Below are positions 59,569 through 64,000 of a DNA stretch of 64,000 bases, in pieces. The notes under the pieces were generated by a model, which ran no database searches, was not told the origin of the DNA, and saw nothing but the letters and a program-made list of their open reading frames with translations. Location: the IMG/VR virus record IMGVR_UViG_3300037400_004242; one strand, written 5' to 3'. The position numbers and the translations under genes are program-made. How positions within the stretch are numbered: position 1 is the stretch's first letter; every line of letters starts with the position of its first letter. The DNA is from a virus. Its lineage: Duplodnaviria; Caudoviricetes.

Positions 59569-60380
59569 AATATTGTTTAAAAACACAAATTGTAGATGAA
59601 TGTAATTTAAATTGTAAAGGTTGTGACCATTTTGCTCCATTAGCAAAACCTTGGCATCAATCTTTACCTGATTTTGTTGATATGATAAAAACGATTCGTA
59701 ATACAGTTGGAGATAACATAAAAGAAATTGAATTATATGGTGGGGAGCCATTATTACATCAACAATTATATGAAATGATTTTAGTTCTAAAAGTTTTATT
59801 TGGAAATAAAATTGTAATTTCAATTGAAACAAATGGAATTTTATTGGACAAATTTTTACAACATCATAAAGATTTAATAGATGATAACAAAATAGAATTT
59901 AAAATTACAGAATATAAAGCAACAAAAGGAATTATTGATAAATTAAAGAAAAAATATCTAAATAATGATATATATCAAGCGGCTATGTTAAAAAATGAAA
60001 TTAAACTAGCAGATGATATAACTTATAAAGAAAATATGTTTAATGTGAACATAAATAAAACAAAAGAAACAGACACAAATAAAATTTTAAATATATATAA
60101 AAATTGTTATTGCAAGAGTGAAGAAGAAGATTCTTTATGTTTGAGAAATTGGGTATTGTCTCCTTGTCCTATGACAATGTGTTTGAATATTTTTGATAAT
60201 TTTTTCAATGAACAATATGATTCTGAAAAAAATCATATAATAGTTACAAATAATTTATCTAAAAAAGATTTGGATAAAATGGCACATTATCCATGTGATT
60301 TTTGCAAAAGGTGTGGAAATGTTGTTTATGGAATACCATATGGCATTTCTAAAAAGGAAAGGGTAGAATGGCAGATATAA
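59559..60380 (+). CDS. Short radical SAM enzyme (HFAP group, copy 3)
   Basis: CNLNCKGCDHFAPLAKPW, GGEPLLH, ETNG, PCP, FCKRC. Confidence 0.88.
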   Translation: MDVKYCLKTQIVDECNLNCKGCDHFAPLAKPWHQSLPDFVDMIKTIRNTVGDNIKEIELYGGEPLLHQQLYEMILVLKVLFGNKIVISIETNGILLDKFLQHHKDLIDDNKIEFKITEYKATKGIIDKLKKKYLNNDIYQAAMLKNEIKLADDITYKENMFNVNINKTKETDTNKILNIYKNCYCKSEEEDSLCLRNWVLSPCPMTMCLNIFDNFFNEQYDSEKNHIIVTNNLSKKDLDKMAHYPCDFCKRCGNVVYGIPYGISKKERVEWQI

Positions 60381-61300
60381 AATTTTATATTATTATTCCA
60401 ACATATAATCGTTTCGAGAAAATAAAAAATGCAATACAAAGTGTATTGCGACAAACATATGATAATTATCATATCATTATAGTGGATGACCATTCAAATG
60501 AAGATAATTATATGAATTTAAAAAAGTATATTGATAATAATGATAAAATATCATATTATTATTTAACTAAAAATATGGGACATTGTTATGCTAGAAATTT
60601 TGCCTTGAAACAAATTATAAAATTAGATAGTTGGATAAAATATTTAGATGATGATGATGTAATATTACCAAATTGTTTACAAGATATATATGAATATATT
60701 AAAGAAAATAAAAATTTAAATGTTATCACGACAGATTATAATATTTTAGATGAGCATAATAATATTATTAAATGTATGCACCCAAATTATAATGTAGAAA
60801 GCGTATTTAACGGAAATCTAGATACATGTTGTATTTGTCATAAATATTCATTATATCAACAACTGGGTGGATGGGATACGAAATTGTTTCGTATGGCAGA
60901 TGATGATTTTTTCTTTAATTATATTTCTAATGGAAAATATGGATATTTAAACAAAATAACATCTGTATTTTATAGAACTAATGATAAGTCAAGAGTAACT
61001 AAGCAAGTATCTAATTTAAAATTTGTAAAATATATAGCTGATAAATATGCATATTTTAATAAAAAATGTTTGATTAAAACAGAAGAAAAATACATAGATA
61101 GTATTAATAATGCTGAATATAATATTGAATCGTTTATGAAATTTGATATTAATAAAAAATTAACAAATGATTATGATTTTATTATTATGATTAATGATAA
61201 TGATGTTATTAATGAAATTTTTCAACATTATTGGAAAACAAAGGAAAAACATTTTAAAATTAAAAATTCATTATTTATAGAAAATAAACTAAAAAAATGA
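60368..61300 (+). CDS. Glycosyltransferase family 2 (paralog of 9149-10132)
   Basis: IIIPTYNR, VDDHS, ARN, YLDDDD, shared DTCCI motif. Confidence 0.9.
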   Translation: MADIKFYIIIPTYNRFEKIKNAIQSVLRQTYDNYHIIIVDDHSNEDNYMNLKKYIDNNDKISYYYLTKNMGHCYARNFALKQIIKLDSWIKYLDDDDVILPNCLQDIYEYIKENKNLNVITTDYNILDEHNNIIKCMHPNYNVESVFNGNLDTCCICHKYSLYQQLGGWDTKLFRMADDDFFFNYISNGKYGYLNKITSVFYRTNDKSRVTKQVSNLKFVKYIADKYAYFNKKCLIKTEEKYIDSINNAEYNIESFMKFDINKKLTNDYDFIIMINDNDVINEIFQHYWKTKEKHFKIKNSLFIENKLKK

Positions 61301-61328
61301 TATAATACCTATATCTTGAATTTAGAAA

Positions 61329-61568
61329 GTGAGGAAGAATATTATGTCAGAAGAACTTAAAACAAATGAACAAGCAGTAGATTCTACAACAGCAGTTATG
61401 GATAATCGTCAATGGGAAAAATTTGCTAAAGGAGATTTAGTTAATTTTCTTGTTAGTCATGGATTGACTAAAATTACTGCTGATGATGGTGCTGGTAAGA
61501 AAGCTGTTGTAAAGTTTACGACAAAAGGAGAATATAACGTAAGCTATACAACAACAGAACTTCTATAA
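61329..61568 (+). CDS. Hypothetical protein
   Basis: GAGGAAG RBS; start probably 61344. Confidence 0.55.
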   Translation: MRKNIMSEELKTNEQAVDSTTAVMDNRQWEKFAKGDLVNFLVSHGLTKITADDGAGKKAVVKFTTKGEYNVSYTTTELL

Positions 61569-61571
61569 GAA

Positions 61572-61910
61572 GTGATTTTTATGGAAACATCTTTTGATAA
61601 ATATAATAACAATGATACGGATAAAAATACGCAACGATTACAATCTATTTTAGAAGGAATCGTTACTATTATGAAACAGAATGAATCTTTAAAACAACAA
61701 ATATCTGAACTATCTAATCGTGTATCTGTTATAGAACATAATGCACAAGTCCAATTGCGTTCAATTGGAGATACATTAGTTTTAACAAACAACATTACAA
61801 ATGATATTGATGATATAAAAGAAAAAATATCTTCTGTTTCTGATAAAGTTGATAATGTAGATTATGATATTAAAAATATTCGTATCTTTAAGTATTACAA
61901 TGGTGAATAA
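61572..61910 (+). CDS. Coiled-coil hypothetical protein
   Basis: Heptad-like sequence, followed by a terminator hairpin (about 61919-61954). Confidence 0.55.
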   Translation: MIFMETSFDKYNNNDTDKNTQRLQSILEGIVTIMKQNESLKQQISELSNRVSVIEHNAQVQLRSIGDTLVLTNNITNDIDDIKEKISSVSDKVDNVDYDIKNIRIFKYYNGE

Positions 61911-61966
61911 TTTATATAATAGCAGAGAAAGCCAATTTTCTCTGCTATTTTTTATGAGGTGAGAAC

Positions 61967-62407
61967 ATGGATGAAATAAATATCGGTTTTGTTGGATATA
62001 GTAATATGAATTTTGATATTGAAAAAGCAAAATCAATTATTTATGATATTTTTGATGTCATTGAAAACAAATATTGTAACGAAGAAAATTTAGAGACAAA
62101 AATAAATATCATTTCAGGCGCAACAGATATAGGAATACCGTCATTAGTATATAATGTTGCTGATAATGAGAATTTGAAATATGGAAAATGGTTTACATTG
62201 GTTGGAATTATGGCAAAAGAAGGATATAAATATCCATTATATCCTTGCGACAAAATATATGCTGTTGGAGAACATTTTGGAGAAGAAAGTGAATTTTTCT
62301 TAAATAAATTAAATGCTTTATATAAAATAGGTGGAGGAAAACAATCAGATAAAGAATCTGAACTTGCAAAAAGAAAAGGCATAGTAGTATATGAGTATTC
62401 TTTATAA
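61967..62407 (+). CDS. SLOG/LOG-like Rossmann-fold nucleotide-binding protein
   Basis: IGFVGYS, ISGAT..GI, GEES..F, IGGG.QS..E pattern. Confidence 0.45.
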   Translation: MDEINIGFVGYSNMNFDIEKAKSIIYDIFDVIENKYCNEENLETKINIISGATDIGIPSLVYNVADNENLKYGKWFTLVGIMAKEGYKYPLYPCDKIYAVGEHFGEESEFFLNKLNALYKIGGGKQSDKESELAKRKGIVVYEYSL

Positions 62408-62491
62408 AATTTTAAAAAATAACTGATAATTAAACTCTATTTATATATTTTCTCTTTAGATGAATAAAATTTTTTGAAAGGATGATATTCT

Positions 62492-63055
62492 TTGTATAAG
62501 GTTAAATTGACTGGCAATTATAATGTCTACGTACAAGACCTTAACTTTGAATTTACTCCGATTAGGCCAGAGAAGAATTTTTCTGATGAAGAATTTGAAA
62601 ACTCTGAAGATATAAAATCATTTTTAGGTAAGTATCTTGAAGCAACTAAAGGAGCAAAATCAAATGCAACAACTGTTGTTGTAACTAAAAAGGTTCATTC
62701 CGATGTACAAGAAGTTCCATCGAAGAAAGATAAATCAGAAGAAAAACCTGTAATAAATGCAACAAATGCTTCTAAAACTACTTCTGCTGATGTCAAAAAG
62801 AAAGAAAAGACTTTAGAGGAAGAGAAAAAAGGAAGCAAGGATGATACAATTGTTGATGCTACAAATGCTTCTTCTACAAATTCTTCTACAACAAAATCAG
62901 CCAATAAGAAAGATGAAAATCTAAAAGATGATAGCGTTGTAGTAGCTGATGGTGCTTCAAAGACAAGTGCTACTACTAAAAATACGTCTGCTACAAAGGC
63001 TAAAAAGCCAGCTAGTAAGACAACAAAAAAGACAACTACAAAATCTACGAAATAA
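62492..63055 (+). CDS. Protein with Ser/Thr/Lys-rich low-complexity tail
   Basis: Repeats VINATNASKTT / IVDATNASSTNSSTT / VVADGASKTSATT. Confidence 0.65.
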   Translation: MYKVKLTGNYNVYVQDLNFEFTPIRPEKNFSDEEFENSEDIKSFLGKYLEATKGAKSNATTVVVTKKVHSDVQEVPSKKDKSEEKPVINATNASKTTSADVKKKEKTLEEEKKGSKDDTIVDATNASSTNSSTTKSANKKDENLKDDSVVVADGASKTSATTKNTSATKAKKPASKTTKKTTTKSTK

Positions 63056-63074
63056 TTAAGGATGTGTGACATAA

Positions 63075-63902
63075 ATGAAGAAAATTTCTTGGTTGGAAAA
63101 TTTTGCTGAATCTCGTAAGAAAGCAGTCGAAAAGAAAAAGGCAGTAAAGGCTTCAAAGAAGAGTATCGCAAATGCTGATATGATTATTCTTTCTAAGTCC
63201 ATGCTTCCAAAGGCTGTAGAAGGTAATACAGTTAAATATAAGAATATTAAGTGGAAGGTTGTTAACGCTTCCTATAAGGATGCTAAAGGTTCTGGCGTTG
63301 TTCTAAAGAAGATTGCTGGTATTGATACAAAGCCACTTACGTCTCCTGAAACACGCGCTAGAAAAGACCCGGGCGATGTTTATGACTATAATGTTCGTGA
63401 AACATCAGAAATTCCTGATTTTGAGGAAGCCGCTCGTAATACAGAAGAGCAGATTGCGAAGGAAGATGCTGTTGACCATGATACAACACCAGCCGCTCGT
63501 TATCAGAATGATGTTCTAAAAGATGCTCCTGCTGTAGAAGCTCCGATTTCTGATGAAGAAGCTCCTGTTGTTGAGGATGAAGCTCCTGCTGAAGAAGATG
63601 TTCCTGTTGTTGAAGATGAAGCAACAGAAGAAACTCCTGTTGAAGATGCACCTGCTAATGAATCTCCTGCTGAGGAACCAGCCGCAGAAGATGCTCCTGC
63701 TGAAGAAGCAACAGAAGAAGTCGCTGAGGAAGCTCCTGCTGAGGAAGAAAAAGATGACTTTACATTTGATGATGTAGACGAAGAACCTCTTGACGAAGAA
63801 GCTCCTGCTGAAGATGACGAAGATGCTGATAAGAAGGAAGATAAAAAGGCTTCTGTAAAGCATCAGAACCGTATTCTTGCCGCTATGTTAAAACAGCTTT
63901 AA
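63075..63902 (+). CDS. Highly expressed acidic-repeat protein (EEAPAEE), likely head/core or scaffold-associated
   Basis: Basic N-terminus, EAP(A/V)EE repeats, capsid-like codon bias. Confidence 0.65.
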   Translation: MKKISWLENFAESRKKAVEKKKAVKASKKSIANADMIILSKSMLPKAVEGNTVKYKNIKWKVVNASYKDAKGSGVVLKKIAGIDTKPLTSPETRARKDPGDVYDYNVRETSEIPDFEEAARNTEEQIAKEDAVDHDTTPAARYQNDVLKDAPAVEAPISDEEAPVVEDEAPAEEDVPVVEDEATEETPVEDAPANESPAEEPAAEDAPAEEATEEVAEEAPAEEEKDDFTFDDVDEEPLDEEAPAEDDEDADKKEDKKASVKHQNRILAAMLKQL

Positions 63903-63928
63903 TTTTTGATAAACGAGGGGTTTTAAAT

Positions 63929-64000
63929 ATGTTAGATAAGAAGAAATTTCATGAAATTGTAAAGAAACATATGCAGGAAAAGACAGCTAAGGCTTCTGCT
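63929..64000 (+). CDS. Partial CDS running off the window end
   Basis: GAGGGG RBS; MLDKKKFHEIVKKHMQEKTAKASA... Confidence 0.55.
   Translation, partial: MLDKKKFHEIVKKHMQEKTAKASA

Noticed and set aside
63480-63830. CRISPR-like or DNA-level tandem repeat (GAAGAAGCTCCTGCT units)
   Set aside because: The repeats are in-frame, degenerate at third positions and encode EEAPA peptides; there are no spacers.
1-64000. Stop-codon reassignment (alternative genetic code)
   Set aside because: Recognisable enzymes are full length in the standard code, and TAA, TAG and TGA all end genes that are followed closely by new starts.
1-64000. tRNA/rRNA genes, group I/II introns, reverse transcriptase or DGR
   Set aside because: No cloverleaf, intron core or RT motifs were recognised by eye; tRNAscan and Infernal would be needed to exclude them fully.

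Overview
This is a 64 kb, very AT-rich, almost entirely + strand segment of a large (probably jumbo) tailed phage. Strong AGGAGG-type RBSs and sigmaA-type promoters suggest a Bacillota host; the genetic code is standard. Head module: portal C-terminus, prohead protease, scaffold-like proteins, decoration protein, major capsid protein and neck protein, most followed by free-standing homing endonucleases. Interleaved with these is a large sugar-tailoring set: a DXS-like ThDP enzyme, 3 DegT aminotransferases, 3 related short radical SAM enzymes, GT2 x2, GT4, GT8, two divergent EX7E GT-B-like proteins, a UDP-sugar dehydrogenase, a carbamoyltransferase and 3 kinase-like proteins. Two separate loci each place two radical SAM/SPASM enzymes directly before a Cys-rich protein; this is the top candidate for an uncharacterised system, possibly RiPP-like cross-linking of phage proteins. 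Mobile DNA comprises an intact-looking TnpB and two non-autonomous IS200/IS605 (IscB-type) elements carrying cargo: VapD inside a hollowed-out iscB with its omegaRNA, and an adenine methyltransferase. Both empty sites can be reconstructed from the sequence. Also seen: an IbrA/IbrB-like pair, a candidate antisense sRNA with a perfect promoter, a candidate late-promoter motif (TATT-N7-TAGA) and a recurring KRL(A/I) peptide motif. No tRNA, rRNA or CRISPR array was recognised. All calls come from motif recognition by eye; no database searches were run.
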